55,549 nucleotides of DNA from Planctomycetota bacterium (GTDB taxonomy: Bacteria > Planctomycetota > UBA8108 > UBA1146), in NCBI GenBank assembly GCA_036338595.1, contig JAYZBV010000019.1, positions 1 through 55,549 on the forward strand, given 5' to 3'. The stretch's first letter is position 1. Every line of letters begins with the position of its first letter. The position numbers were made by a program, and so were the translations under genes. Below, in pieces: positions 8,101 to 17,665 of this stretch. A model generated the notes under the pieces. That model was not told the DNA's origin. It searched no databases and saw only the letters and a list, made by a program, of their open reading frames with translations.

Positions 8101-9624
8101 ATGGACTCCAGGCGGACGCCCTCCATCGCCGAGTGGTATCACGAGGAAACCAAGTATTCGCCCCAGTTGATGGGGCTACTGCCTCGTTTCGACCCGGACC
8201 AGAGACCGATGCCTTACAAGCAGTGGCACGCCGAGCGCCCCGTCGACCTGGTTCCTTACCTGCCCTTTCCCGGCTTTCCGCTCGGGCCCAGGCCGGATCA
8301 GCAACCGATCGATCCGGAGACGCTGTCCGAGTTCGTCGGGGCCCTGTCGCGTATCCTTTACTTCACCAGTGGAGTGACCGGGATCCAGCAGGATGAGAAT
8401 GAGTCGTGGTTGTTTCGAGCGGCTCCGTCGGCCGGGGCGCTCTATCCGACCGACATCACCCTGGCCCTGAGAGGCATCCGGGGCCTCGACGATGGGCTCT
8501 ACGCCTATTCGGTACCTCATCACCAGCTGGTCTCGGTGATCGATGGAGACTTTCTGCCAGGGATCGCCAGGACCTTCTGGGATCACCCTTCCTTCGACGG
8601 CATCCATGCCATGGTGCTGCTCAGTGGTGTCTGGCAGCGATCCCGCTGGCGCTACCACGACCGTGCCTATCGACGCATCCTGCTCGATACCGGCCATGTA
8701 CTGGGAAATCTGGTCCACGCGGCCCATCAGGAAGGGCTCCAGGCGATCCCGCTGGCAGGGTTCGAGGACGCGGCGCTGCAGAAGTTGCTGTTCCTCGATT
8801 CCGAGCAGGAGGGGGTGCTGGTCGGAGTGCCGCTGGGACGATCGGACGATGTCGGTGCTTCCGATGGGCTCACTGCACCGGTGAAGCGCTCGGCGAGATC
8901 GACGGCGCCCCCCGATCTTGAACTCGACCCCATCGTCGCTTTGCACGAGACCAGTGCCATGAGCCACGATGCCCAGGTCAGTCTTCCTCCCGACCCACCA
9001 CTGTGGGCGGAGGGTCGAGAGGGGGCCACGGTCGTACCCCTGGTCGAGACTCTCAATGACATCTCACCCGATTTCCCGGGCATCGTCGTGAGGAGGAGAT
9101 CGACGCGTCAATTCACTGGCGCTGCAGTGGATCGCCGCGATCTCGATCGCGTGCTCGATTTTGCCCACCGCTACGCATCCCCCGGGCCGGTGCGTTATCT
9201 CAGCGCACGTCCAGCGCTCGATATCCATCTGGTGGTCAACCGAGTGCGCGGACTGGAACAGGGAGTGTGGCGCTACATTCCCGACGAGCATCAACTGCGA
9301 CTGGTGCGCGCGCAGGATGAGCGAAGACGTGCGCACGGTGCCTGCCTCGGTCAGGAACTGGCTCGAGATGCGGCCTGTCTGCTCGTCTACAGTGCCGATC
9401 TGCCGACTGCGGTGGAGGTGTGGGGAGACCGTGCCTATCGCTATCTTCATCTCGATGCGGGCTTCCTCGGTCAGCAACTGAACCTCGCGTGCATACACCA
9501 GGGACTCGGTGTCAGTGGAATAGCAGGCTTCTTCGATGATGCATGGAATGACATCCTGGAACTGCCAGCGGATCATGCGATCACCTATATCACCGCCATC
9601 GGAGACGCCGCCGCCGGTCAGTGA
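8101..9624 (+). CDS. SagB/ThcOx family FMN-dependent dehydrogenase (two nitroreductase-like domains)
   Basis: YHEETKY, FRAAPSAGALYP, WRYHDRAYRRILLDTGH; second domain RRRSTRQF...GDRAYRYLHLDAG...GVSGIAGFFDD. Confidence 0.85.
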   Translation: MDSRRTPSIAEWYHEETKYSPQLMGLLPRFDPDQRPMPYKQWHAERPVDLVPYLPFPGFPLGPRPDQQPIDPETLSEFVGALSRILYFTSGVTGIQQDENESWLFRAAPSAGALYPTDITLALRGIRGLDDGLYAYSVPHHQLVSVIDGDFLPGIARTFWDHPSFDGIHAMVLLSGVWQRSRWRYHDRAYRRILLDTGHVLGNLVHAAHQEGLQAIPLAGFEDAALQKLLFLDSEQEGVLVGVPLGRSDDVGASDGLTAPVKRSARSTAPPDLELDPIVALHETSAMSHDAQVSLPPDPPLWAEGREGATVVPLVETLNDISPDFPGIVVRRRSTRQFTGAAVDRRDLDRVLDFAHRYASPGPVRYLSARPALDIHLVVNRVRGLEQGVWRYIPDEHQLRLVRAQDERRRAHGACLGQELARDAACLLVYSADLPTAVEVWGDRAYRYLHLDAGFLGQQLNLACIHQGLGVSGIAGFFDDAWNDILELPADHAITYITAIGDAAAGQ

Positions 9625-10106
9625 GGGCCCAATTCGTCGCTCGGGGGCAGGTTTCTGGGAGTTTTTTTTGGCTCCCCGATCCGCTGCCTGAGTCGCCCCG
9701 TCATCCCGATCTGCTCGGCCCCTCGAGATGCCCTCAGCGGCTCCCCCTTCACCTGGATAAGGTCTTTGAAAACAACCAGTTATGGAAACTCCATTGAACC
9801 CAAAATGGCTCTTCACGAGGACCGATCGAGATCCCATCTATTTCCGATAATGCTTGCTCGGCTGGCTCCGTCTGGTCCGGAATCGTGAAATTCTATGCCA
9901 AGAGGTCTTGCCACTTTTCTCCGATCAGACTCTCCTATCGCCCATGGAGCGAGGGCCCGTTGCCCTCCACGGAGGCGAGGGCCGGAAGGCCCGGGAGGCA
10001 TGAACGAGCCTTCCGATCCTCGCTTGCGCCGCAAGTAAGCAAGAAGGAAATCCCCTTTAGATCGTCGGCAAGTCCGCCGGAGTGGAATGGGGAAGAAAGG
10101 GTGATC

Positions 10107-11228
10107 ATGAACAAGAGCACTTTGCTCGGCCTGGCTTTGGCCATGTTGGTTCCGACCGTCGCCTTGGCGGACGGAGTTACTGTCGGTGGAGATGTTCGTT
10201 TGCGCTGGGATTACTCCGGCAACGATACAGCTGCATCTGACAACAGTTCGTCAGCGGTGACCAACATCGATCTCGATGCTGCCATCAATGACAATGTCTC
10301 GTTCTCCGCAACGCTGCGGCACGACTTCACGTTCGGTGAAGCAAATGGGCCTGGCGCTGGTGTTCCTGCACCGTGGATCCAGGAAGCCTATGCTAGCGTC
10401 GGTGACCTGGGATCTGCCAGCGGAGTTCTCGCCGGCTGGTCTCTCGATGTCGGTCGCATGAACAACCCAGACTACGGTCGCATCATCAACAGTGACGACT
10501 GGGATCAGAATACTGCGCCCGCTTCGAACGACGGTTACCACCTTGCTTCGAGCATGAGTGGAATCGGTATCGACCTCTACTACTTCGGTGGTGGTGGGTC
10601 TCCAGCCGGAAGTGCCGACAACACGCTCGGTGCCAACTTCGACCTGGGCGACATGGGCGGATTTGCTGACATCGCAGTCGGATACTGGGGTGCCAGTGCC
10701 GGTGCGGTCGATTCCAGCAACACGTCGGTCAGCATCAGCAACATCGGGGGCGATAGCCTCGCTGGAGTCAATCTCGATGTGCAGTTCGCCACCAGTGACG
10801 ACGGAAACGGCGCCACTGAGGACGGTAGTCTGACCTCGATCAGTGCCAGTTACGGTCTTGGCGACATGGGTATGACCCTGCACGCCAGCAACACCGTTGC
10901 CGATGCCACCTGGTCGGCGATGAGTGATGCACCGCACGGTGCCAACGGGATCGCTGACCTGATTGGCGGCGCAGGCGCTGACATCGATAACACCACCATC
11001 GGGCTGAGTTTCTCACCGATGGACGGAGTCGATGCCACCATCGATTTCATTACCCTGGCTACTGACGCTGCCGGTACCGATCTCGGAACCGAGACGGACC
11101 TGGTACTGAGCTGGGAGTGCGGAAGTGACGTCACCATGGACATCGGATATGCCACCTTCTCGGCGGATACCGGTGGAGGAATGACTGACGATGACTTCTT
11201 CTACCTCCAGACTGGCTGGGACTTCTAA
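10107..11228 (+). CDS. Outer-membrane beta-barrel protein, alginate-export (AlgE)-like family, paralog 1
   Basis: Signal peptide MNKSTLLGLALAMLVPTVALA (ATG 10107); motifs VGRM..YGRIINSDDW, PHGANGIADL, LGTETDL; C-terminal BAM signal FFYLQTGWDF. Confidence 0.75.
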   Translation: MNKSTLLGLALAMLVPTVALADGVTVGGDVRLRWDYSGNDTAASDNSSSAVTNIDLDAAINDNVSFSATLRHDFTFGEANGPGAGVPAPWIQEAYASVGDLGSASGVLAGWSLDVGRMNNPDYGRIINSDDWDQNTAPASNDGYHLASSMSGIGIDLYYFGGGGSPAGSADNTLGANFDLGDMGGFADIAVGYWGASAGAVDSSNTSVSISNIGGDSLAGVNLDVQFATSDDGNGATEDGSLTSISASYGLGDMGMTLHASNTVADATWSAMSDAPHGANGIADLIGGAGADIDNTTIGLSFSPMDGVDATIDFITLATDAAGTDLGTETDLVLSWECGSDVTMDIGYATFSADTGGGMTDDDFFYLQTGWDF

Positions 11229-11284
11229 GCATCCGAGCTGTGGGGATTTCCCCGCACCCCGGATCTAGAGTTGTACTGGAGCGG

Positions 11285-11322
11285 GGACGTGCGCCTTTGG
11301 CGCGCGTCCTCGTTCTTTTTTT
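11285..11322 (+). terminator. Rho-independent terminator after porin 1
   Basis: GGACGTGCGCC-TTT-GGCGCGCGTCC stem followed by TCGTTCTTTTTTT. Confidence 0.75.
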
Positions 11323-11433
11323 AGGCCCGGTTCCCGAACAGTTCCTCTTGCCAGATCGCCGAATCCAGTCAGGATGTCACGGGTCCGGGGGGGCAGGTGC
11401 GCTGCCAGCGCCGGAGGGGAAGAGAGTGGGACC

Positions 11434-12714
11434 ATGATCAGGAACCTCGTCACTATCGTTGCCAGCGTCTTGGCGCTCCTAACAGTGAGCGTTGAACCGG
11501 TACAAGCCGATGGCCATCTCGAACTCGATACAGAACTACGACTGCGCTGGGAGTATTCGAGTCCATGGGATGGTGGCGCTGGAACTGCAGGGGATACCGT
11601 CACCATGATGCGAACGCGCATCGCCGTCGCCACTGCATTCTCCGACAACCTCGACTTCTCGATGGGCTTCACCGATGCGCGCACCCTGTCGGGACACAAC
11701 TCCGATCCTCTGATCTCAAACGAGGATCTCAGTGTCCGCGAACTGTATCTGCAGGTTGCGGATCTGTCCGCGGTCACCGAGCACCTCGAGTTTCTCTCCG
11801 GCTGGAGCCTGGGTCTGGGCAGGTCTGCTGTTCCCACCTACGACAGCGGCCGGATCATCCACAGCGATGACTGGAGCAATCTGGGGCCTGCGATCGCCGA
11901 CGGCTATCATCTCAACAACGATTTTCTCGACGGTGCTCTCGATCTCAATGTTCACTTCCTGACCCTTGCCAAGGATCCCACCGGCGGTGCGGGTTCCGGC
12001 GATCACTTTTACGGTGCGCACCTGGCCGTCGACTCGTTACCAGTTGTCGATGGCAGCTTTTTCTACTGGAAGTACACCGCAGACCTCGCCAACCAGGCGG
12101 AGGCTGTTGCGGGCGGAAATCCAGATCCAGGAAGTTCCGGTGAAGATACCTACGGCTACTGCTTCTCGCTCAAGGAGGGGCTCATCTCGAGGGTCGGGAT
12201 CGACGTCGAGTACGCCCTCCAGGACGGCAACCGCTACGATGTGGGTGACGACGCCATCGAGAAGCTCGATTCGCTCTATTACTCCATCGAGGCCACCTAC
12301 GATCAGCCCGCATCCGATGACTTCGGAGCGCTGAACTGGCGTGCTGGCCGTATCCTCGCGACAGGCACCTCCGCAGGTGCGACCCGCCAGGAAGCCTTCC
12401 GCTCCCCCTTCGGTTCTCCTCATGGCACCCATGGCATCGCTGATCTGGTCGCCAACAGCAATGTCCAGGACACCTACATCGGAGCCACCACCGAACTGAT
12501 GGAGACCGAGGTCGATATCTCACTGCACATGCTGGCGGCAGATCAGGGCGAGGACTGGGGGCAGGAACTGGATCTTGTTCTCAGGCGCCAGCAGCAGCCC
12601 GATTTTCTCGGTGGCTTGATGCCGCTCGAGGTGGGGCTGGGCAAGTTCTCTTCCGATCACAGCACCCTCGACTCGACCACCTTCTTCTACGTTCAGTCGA
12701 GCTGGGACTTCTAG
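11434..12714 (+). CDS. Outer-membrane beta-barrel protein, AlgE-like family, paralog 2
   Basis: Signal peptide MIRNLVTIVASVLALLTVSVEPVQA (ATG 11434); shares LRWEYS, GRIIHSDDW, PHGTHGIADL and GQELDL with paralog 1; ends FFYVQSSWDF. Confidence 0.75.
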   Translation: MIRNLVTIVASVLALLTVSVEPVQADGHLELDTELRLRWEYSSPWDGGAGTAGDTVTMMRTRIAVATAFSDNLDFSMGFTDARTLSGHNSDPLISNEDLSVRELYLQVADLSAVTEHLEFLSGWSLGLGRSAVPTYDSGRIIHSDDWSNLGPAIADGYHLNNDFLDGALDLNVHFLTLAKDPTGGAGSGDHFYGAHLAVDSLPVVDGSFFYWKYTADLANQAEAVAGGNPDPGSSGEDTYGYCFSLKEGLISRVGIDVEYALQDGNRYDVGDDAIEKLDSLYYSIEATYDQPASDDFGALNWRAGRILATGTSAGATRQEAFRSPFGSPHGTHGIADLVANSNVQDTYIGATTELMETEVDISLHMLAADQGEDWGQELDLVLRRQQQPDFLGGLMPLEVGLGKFSSDHSTLDSTTFFYVQSSWDF

Positions 12715-12735
12715 CCGCGACTGTTGTCGAGGTAG

Positions 12736-12767
12736 CGTCAGGTCGTCAGGTCGTCAGACCGTCAGGT
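12736..12767. repeat. 8-bp tandem repeat x4 between convergent genes
   Basis: CGTCAGGT CGTCAGGT CGTCAGAC CGTCAGGT. Confidence 0.85.
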
Positions 12768-12802
12768 GAGTCGGTGGCTTTCAAGATCGCCGTGCCTTGC
12801 GA

Positions 12803-13399
12803 TCAGAACAGTTTGAAGTCGTCGATGGGCCACAGCCTCAACAGCACCTTGCCTCGCACCAGCTTCACGGGGATGGTTCCAAAATCGCGGCTGTCTCGAC
12901 TTTGAGGCCGGTTGTCACCGAGCATGAACAGGTGACCGGATTTGACGACGATCACATCCCCGGGTCGATTGGGGAACAGTGTCCTGTGTGTATATTCCTC
13001 GACCAGATCCTCACCATTGAGTCGCACCTGGTCTCCGACCAGTTCGATCCGGTCGCCGCCGATCCCGATGACGCGCTTGATCAGATTCTTGGCTGAATCC
13101 TCGGGAGAGACGAAGATGATGAGGTCGCCGCGATCGATCTCGCCGAGTGCGGGCCGGACCTTATCGACCACCACCCGTTGACCATCTTCGAGAGTCGGTT
13201 CCATCGAGTGGCCGCTGATCGAATAGACCTGGGTGACAAAAGTGTGGAGAGCCAGCGCCAGCGGAATCGCGATCGCCATCACGAGCAGCGCTTCGAGGAG
13301 TAACCGTTTGAGTGGGGATGCTGCCGGGTCGCTGCTGGAGGCCGAGCTCTCGCCGGTCACTGCTTCGAGCGGATCCAGTGGCGATTGAAAGCCGCTCAA
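12803..13399 (-). CDS. lepB: Signal peptidase I
   Basis: TM helix, then SGHSMEPTL (catalytic Ser), LIKRVIG (catalytic Lys), LGDNRPQSRDSRDFG. Confidence 0.92.
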   Translation of the reverse strand: MSGFQSPLDPLEAVTGESSASSSDPAASPLKRLLLEALLVMAIAIPLALALHTFVTQVYSISGHSMEPTLEDGQRVVVDKVRPALGEIDRGDLIIFVSPEDSAKNLIKRVIGIGGDRIELVGDQVRLNGEDLVEEYTHRTLFPNRPGDVIVVKSGHLFMLGDNRPQSRDSRDFGTIPVKLVRGKVLLRLWPIDDFKLF

Positions 13400-13887
13400 T
13401 TCGATTGCTCCCCATCTGCGGTGGAATTGTCACGCACCTGCTCACCCGTATCCAGCTTGCCGGCGGAGATCTTCTCCAGCTGTTGCACCCATTGGCGCCA
13501 GCGCTGCGGATCGGGTCCGAAATCCTTGCCGGTGAGCCGCACCAGTTCCTGCTGCACCGACTCGATGACATCCGGGTCAGAGGCTTCGAGCGCGCGGATC
13601 AGGATGCGAATCGCTCCGATATGCTGAAGTCCGGGCTGCAACCTCAGGAGGGCCCTGGCGAGCGCTCCCTGCCTCCTGCGCGTCACGGCGCCGAGCAGGT
13701 GCTCGGTCAGGATGCCGGACAGAGCGAGCGCGAGGGCGCCTCTGAGAAGCAGATCCTGACCACCGGCAGCATTCACGGCGAAATCGTAGATTCCCCAGCC
13801 AGGATCGAGCAGCAGCAGCACCATCACTGCCAGGCACAGCAGCCACAGGTTTCGGATCGCGATAGTGAGGGCAATTAGCGTCTTCAT
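13396..13887 (-). CDS. Hypothetical membrane protein with C-terminal HEAT-like helical motif
   Basis: Two hydrophobic helices, then ALEASDPDV...LVRLTGKDFGPDPQRWRQW; stop overlaps the lepB start. Confidence 0.65.
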   Translation of the reverse strand: MKTLIALTIAIRNLWLLCLAVMVLLLLDPGWGIYDFAVNAAGGQDLLLRGALALALSGILTEHLLGAVTRRRQGALARALLRLQPGLQHIGAIRILIRALEASDPDVIESVQQELVRLTGKDFGPDPQRWRQWVQQLEKISAGKLDTGEQVRDNSTADGEQSN

Positions 13888-13905
13888 CGGCTCCCGGTGT
13901 CTTTT

Positions 13906-15498
13906 CTAGTGACGGAAATGTCTCTCTCCCGTGAACACCATGGCGATACCGGCGGTATCGGCGACCTCGATCACGGCTCCATCTCGGACCGATCCCCCCG
14001 GCTGGATCACTGCTGTGACCCCGGCATCGATGGCAGCCTCGACACCGTCCGGGAAAGGGAAGAACGCATCCGAGGCGAGAGATGATCCCTTCGATCTGTC
14101 ACCCGCCTTGCGGCAGGCGATGTGGACTGCATCGACGCGGCTCGGCTGGCCGGCACCGACACCCACCACGGCTCGATCGTTGGCGAGCAGAATTCCGTTG
14201 GAGCGGACATGGGGCAGCACGCGCCAGCCGAAGAGCAGATCTTGCCACTCCTGGTCGGTCGGTTCGCGGTCGGTAGCGACCGTGAAGTCCTCGCGTTGCA
14301 CGAGGTTGCGATCTCGCGTCTGGAGCAGCATCGCCCCGGGCACCGATCGAACCTCGATGGGAACACTCTCCTCTGCGCCGGTCTCGCCACCCTCGAGCAT
14401 GCGGCAGGATCGTCCCCACTTGACCCCGTCCTTGATCGCCTCGATGGCCCCTGGCAGGAACTTCGGCGCATGGATCACCTCGAAGAAGAGATCGGTGGTG
14501 GCAAGACGGCGCGCCAGTTCCACATCGAGAGGTTCGGAGAGGGCGAGGATGCCTCCGAAGGAGCTGACCGGGTCGCCGGCGAGCGCCGCTTCGAAGGCTG
14601 CATCGATGTTCTGTCGCTCGGATGCGCCACAGGGGAGGCAGTGTTTCACCACGACTGCTGCGGGGCCCTCGAGGCCTCGGCAACATTCGATGGCAGCGGA
14701 AGCGTCGAGGATGTTGTTGTAGGAGAGGGCCTTGCCGCCGTGGCAGGTGGCATCTGCGATGGAGAAGGAATCCCCATCGTTTCTCAGATACCAGGCGGAT
14801 TGTTGATGCGGATTTTCACCGTAGCGAAGTGAACCGATCCGATTCCACTGTTCGGTCACGCTCGAGGGAAAGGGACCCTCGAGTTGCTGCCCGAGCCAGT
14901 TCGAGATCGATGCGTCGTAGGCTGCGGTGCGTCGATACGCCTCGAGCGCCAGTTCCTGTCGCGTGGCTGCCGATAACTGGCCATCGTGCTCCTTCAACTC
15001 GGCGAGGACCATGCCGTATCGATCGGGGTCGACCACCACAGCCACATCCCGATGGTTTTTCGCCGCCGCGCGTACCATCGCAGGGCCTCCGATGTCGATC
15101 TGTTCGACCGTGTCCTCGAAGGATGCGCCCGCAGCGACGGTTTGCTCGAACGGATACAGGTTCACGACCAGCAGATCGATGGGAGGAATGCCGTGCTCAT
15201 GGCACGATTCAAGGTCGCCCTCGACATCTCTTCTGGCGAGCAACCCACCGTGGATTCTCGGGTGAAGTGTTTTCACACGGCCACCCATCATCTCGGGGAA
15301 GTCGGTCACTTGCTCGACGGGACGAACATCCACGCCGGCCTCACCTAGAACGGCTGCGGTGCCACCTGTCGAGAGGATCTCGACCCCCAGTTGTTGCAAG
15401 GAGGAACACAGTTCGACGATTCCACGCTTGTCGCTGACGGCGACGAGGGCACGCTGGATCTTGCGCATCTGTTCATTTTCAGGGGCAGGAGATGACAT
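13906..15498 (-). CDS. purH: Bifunctional AICAR transformylase/IMP cyclohydrolase
   Basis: ALVAVSDKRG, GRVKTLHPRIHGG, IDIGGPAMVRAAAKNH, LRYGENPHQ, ASDAFFPF, FTGERHFRH. Confidence 0.97.
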   Translation of the reverse strand: MSSPAPENEQMRKIQRALVAVSDKRGIVELCSSLQQLGVEILSTGGTAAVLGEAGVDVRPVEQVTDFPEMMGGRVKTLHPRIHGGLLARRDVEGDLESCHEHGIPPIDLLVVNLYPFEQTVAAGASFEDTVEQIDIGGPAMVRAAAKNHRDVAVVVDPDRYGMVLAELKEHDGQLSAATRQELALEAYRRTAAYDASISNWLGQQLEGPFPSSVTEQWNRIGSLRYGENPHQQSAWYLRNDGDSFSIADATCHGGKALSYNNILDASAAIECCRGLEGPAAVVVKHCLPCGASERQNIDAAFEAALAGDPVSSFGGILALSEPLDVELARRLATTDLFFEVIHAPKFLPGAIEAIKDGVKWGRSCRMLEGGETGAEESVPIEVRSVPGAMLLQTRDRNLVQREDFTVATDREPTDQEWQDLLFGWRVLPHVRSNGILLANDRAVVGVGAGQPSRVDAVHIACRKAGDRSKGSSLASDAFFPFPDGVEAAIDAGVTAVIQPGGSVRDGAVIEVADTAGIAMVFTGERHFRH

Positions 15499-15674
15499 GT
15501 GGATGGGCCCTTCCTGGCGGCAATGTATCCCGAGCAGGTCAACGATGCGGGCATCTCGATGGGGTGATTCGTCGAGAAATTCCTGCCTCGGGCCCCTTTC
15601 GAGTGGGTCAGGGGTTGAAAGTTAGATCCTAGCCCGGTTCCCTGTGAGGGTCCAGCGAGGCAGAAAGGGAAGTT

Positions 15675-17369
15675 GTGAAGCGGTTGGAGTGGCTTGCAGA
15701 TCTGGGTCGAATTGTTATTCGATTCACCTATGACCCGATGCTGGTCGAGGAGGTGAAGTCGATCCCTGGTCGTCGTTGGCACCGCGATCGAAAGTTCTGG
15801 AGTATTCCCATCGAAAGCGTCGGAGAGGCAGCGACTCTCCTGTTACCGCTCGGTTTTGATCCCTCCTCCGAGGTGGAGGGTCTATTGAACGGAGATGTGG
15901 AAGGGTTGGCGGGGCTCGCCCAGCTGGTGGCGGAGAACTCCGGGGACTCCGAGGCGATGGACGATGGCTGGAGTGTGACGCGACTCAACGAGACGGTCAG
16001 GGATGCCGTGCTCAGTTCGGTGCCGGAGACGGTCTGGCTCGTTGGCGAGGTTCTCGAGTTCGACCGCAACCGTCATCGGGATCATGTTTTTTTTCGCATC
16101 GTCGAGAAAACTGAAGGAGACGATACTCCCTGCGCCACCGTCAGCGCAGTGCTGTTTCGGGGCAACAGAGACCGAGTGTTGAGCCGCTTCGAGGCCGCCG
16201 AGACGGACCTCGTCGACGGCCTCCAGGTTCGCATTCAGGTGCGTGTGGACCTGTATGTTCAGGGCGGTTCCTATCAGGTCGTGGTCGAGGACATCGACCC
16301 GGCCTATACCCTCGGTGAGATCGCCCGGCGTCGTGAGCGGATCCTTGCAGAGGTGCGCAAGCAGGGGCTACACGATCGAAACCTGTCACTTCCCTTCCCG
16401 CAGCCCGCACTGCGTATCGGAGTCCTCACCAGCCCCGGTAGCGACGCCTGGAAGGATCTGATCGAGGAGTTGCGACAATCCGGGTTTTCCTTCGATGTGA
16501 CCCTCGTCGGTGTTCACGTTCAGGGCGATCGGGCAGAAACCGAGTTACTGGCGGGTCTCTCTTACTTCCAGCAACGCAAGGCACAGTTCGATGCGCTGGT
16601 GTTGATCCGGGGCGGTGGATCGAGGGCTGACCTGATGGCGTTCGACTCGCTGCCGCTGGCACTGGCGGTGGCGAAACATCCGCTCAAGATCGTGGTCGGA
16701 ATCGGTCACCAGGCGGATCGATCCGTTCTCGATGAGATCGCGCACTCCGAGAAAACACCGACCGCTGCAGCCCAGCACATGGTGCAACTCGTGAGCGAGT
16801 ACTGGCAGGGAGTTCGTGACCAGGTCGCCAGGATCATGGTGGGCGCTGCCCACTCGATCCATGCCAGCCGTCTCGATCTGAAGCGCCTCGATGCCCGGCT
16901 CATCGGTGCCAGCGAACTCGCCTTGCTGGAGAATCGAAGAGCGCTGCAAGCTCGTGGCGGGTGGCTGGCCGCGCGCGCAGCGGGTCACCTTGGTGAGGCC
17001 AGGGGTGTTCTCTGGGCGCTGAGACAACGGCTTCAAGCCGATTCCCTGCGGATGCTGGCTCGCGCAGGGGAGAGCCGGCAGCGGCAGCAGCAGAGGCTCC
17101 AGATGGGCGCACTGGCATCGCTCCGGCGAGAGGGGGAGCGCCACCAGGCACGGAAGTCGAGGGTCCAGGGGGCAGATCCAAGGACCATCCTGTCGCGTGG
17201 ATTCGCCTGGGTCAAAGACGAGTCGGGACGGACGATTTCCAGCAGCGAAGAAAGCCTGAAGGGAAGCAAGATCGAGGTTCGGCTCAGGGATGGGGTGCTG
17301 GATGCCCGGGTGGAAGCAACCAGAATCGACCCCTCTGCAGGTCTGTCCAGTCGAGAGAATGACGGCTAG
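15675..17369 (+). CDS. xseA: Exodeoxyribonuclease VII large subunit with N-terminal HARP-like domain
   Basis: OB-fold SVTRLN...VWLVGEV, LIRGGGSRADL, VGIGHQADRS, KTPTAAA, DPRTILSRGFA; followed by xseB. Confidence 0.9.
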   Translation: MKRLEWLADLGRIVIRFTYDPMLVEEVKSIPGRRWHRDRKFWSIPIESVGEAATLLLPLGFDPSSEVEGLLNGDVEGLAGLAQLVAENSGDSEAMDDGWSVTRLNETVRDAVLSSVPETVWLVGEVLEFDRNRHRDHVFFRIVEKTEGDDTPCATVSAVLFRGNRDRVLSRFEAAETDLVDGLQVRIQVRVDLYVQGGSYQVVVEDIDPAYTLGEIARRRERILAEVRKQGLHDRNLSLPFPQPALRIGVLTSPGSDAWKDLIEELRQSGFSFDVTLVGVHVQGDRAETELLAGLSYFQQRKAQFDALVLIRGGGSRADLMAFDSLPLALAVAKHPLKIVVGIGHQADRSVLDEIAHSEKTPTAAAQHMVQLVSEYWQGVRDQVARIMVGAAHSIHASRLDLKRLDARLIGASELALLENRRALQARGGWLAARAAGHLGEARGVLWALRQRLQADSLRMLARAGESRQRQQQRLQMGALASLRREGERHQARKSRVQGADPRTILSRGFAWVKDESGRTISSSEESLKGSKIEVRLRDGVLDARVEATRIDPSAGLSSRENDG

Positions 17370-17410
17370 ACTGGGCCATTGAGTCGATCGAGCAGGAGGT
17401 CTTAGTTCCG

Positions 17411-17653
17411 ATGAGTGCCAAGAAGAAGCCGGGGTACACGGATGCGTCCGAGGAGATCGATGAGATCCTGAGGCGCATTGATGATACCGATCAGATCGAT
17501 GTGGATGCCCTCGCCGACGATGTCGAACGTGCTGCGTACCTGTTGAAGATCTGTGGTGACAAGTTGAAGGCATCCGAGGTGCGAGTGAAGGAAGTGTCTC
17601 AGCGGCTCACGGAAGAGGCGGACGAAGACTCGGGTGAAGACGAACCGGAATAG
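17411..17653 (+). CDS. xseB: Exodeoxyribonuclease VII small subunit
   Basis: YTDASEEIDEILRRID...IDVDAL...LLKICGDKLKASE; directly after xseA. Confidence 0.88.
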   Translation: MSAKKKPGYTDASEEIDEILRRIDDTDQIDVDALADDVERAAYLLKICGDKLKASEVRVKEVSQRLTEEADEDSGEDEPE

Positions 17654-17665
17654 GGCAGGAGAAGC

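Noticed and set aside
6964..9624. Peptidase + SagB-type dehydrogenase as an azole-RiPP cluster
   Set aside because: No YcaO/cyclodehydratase, precursor peptide or exporter nearby; stand-alone double-domain SagB proteins are widespread
15499..15674. ZTP riboswitch upstream of purH
   Set aside because: The conserved GACUGGCG and CCGCCUGGGC segments were not found on the minus strand
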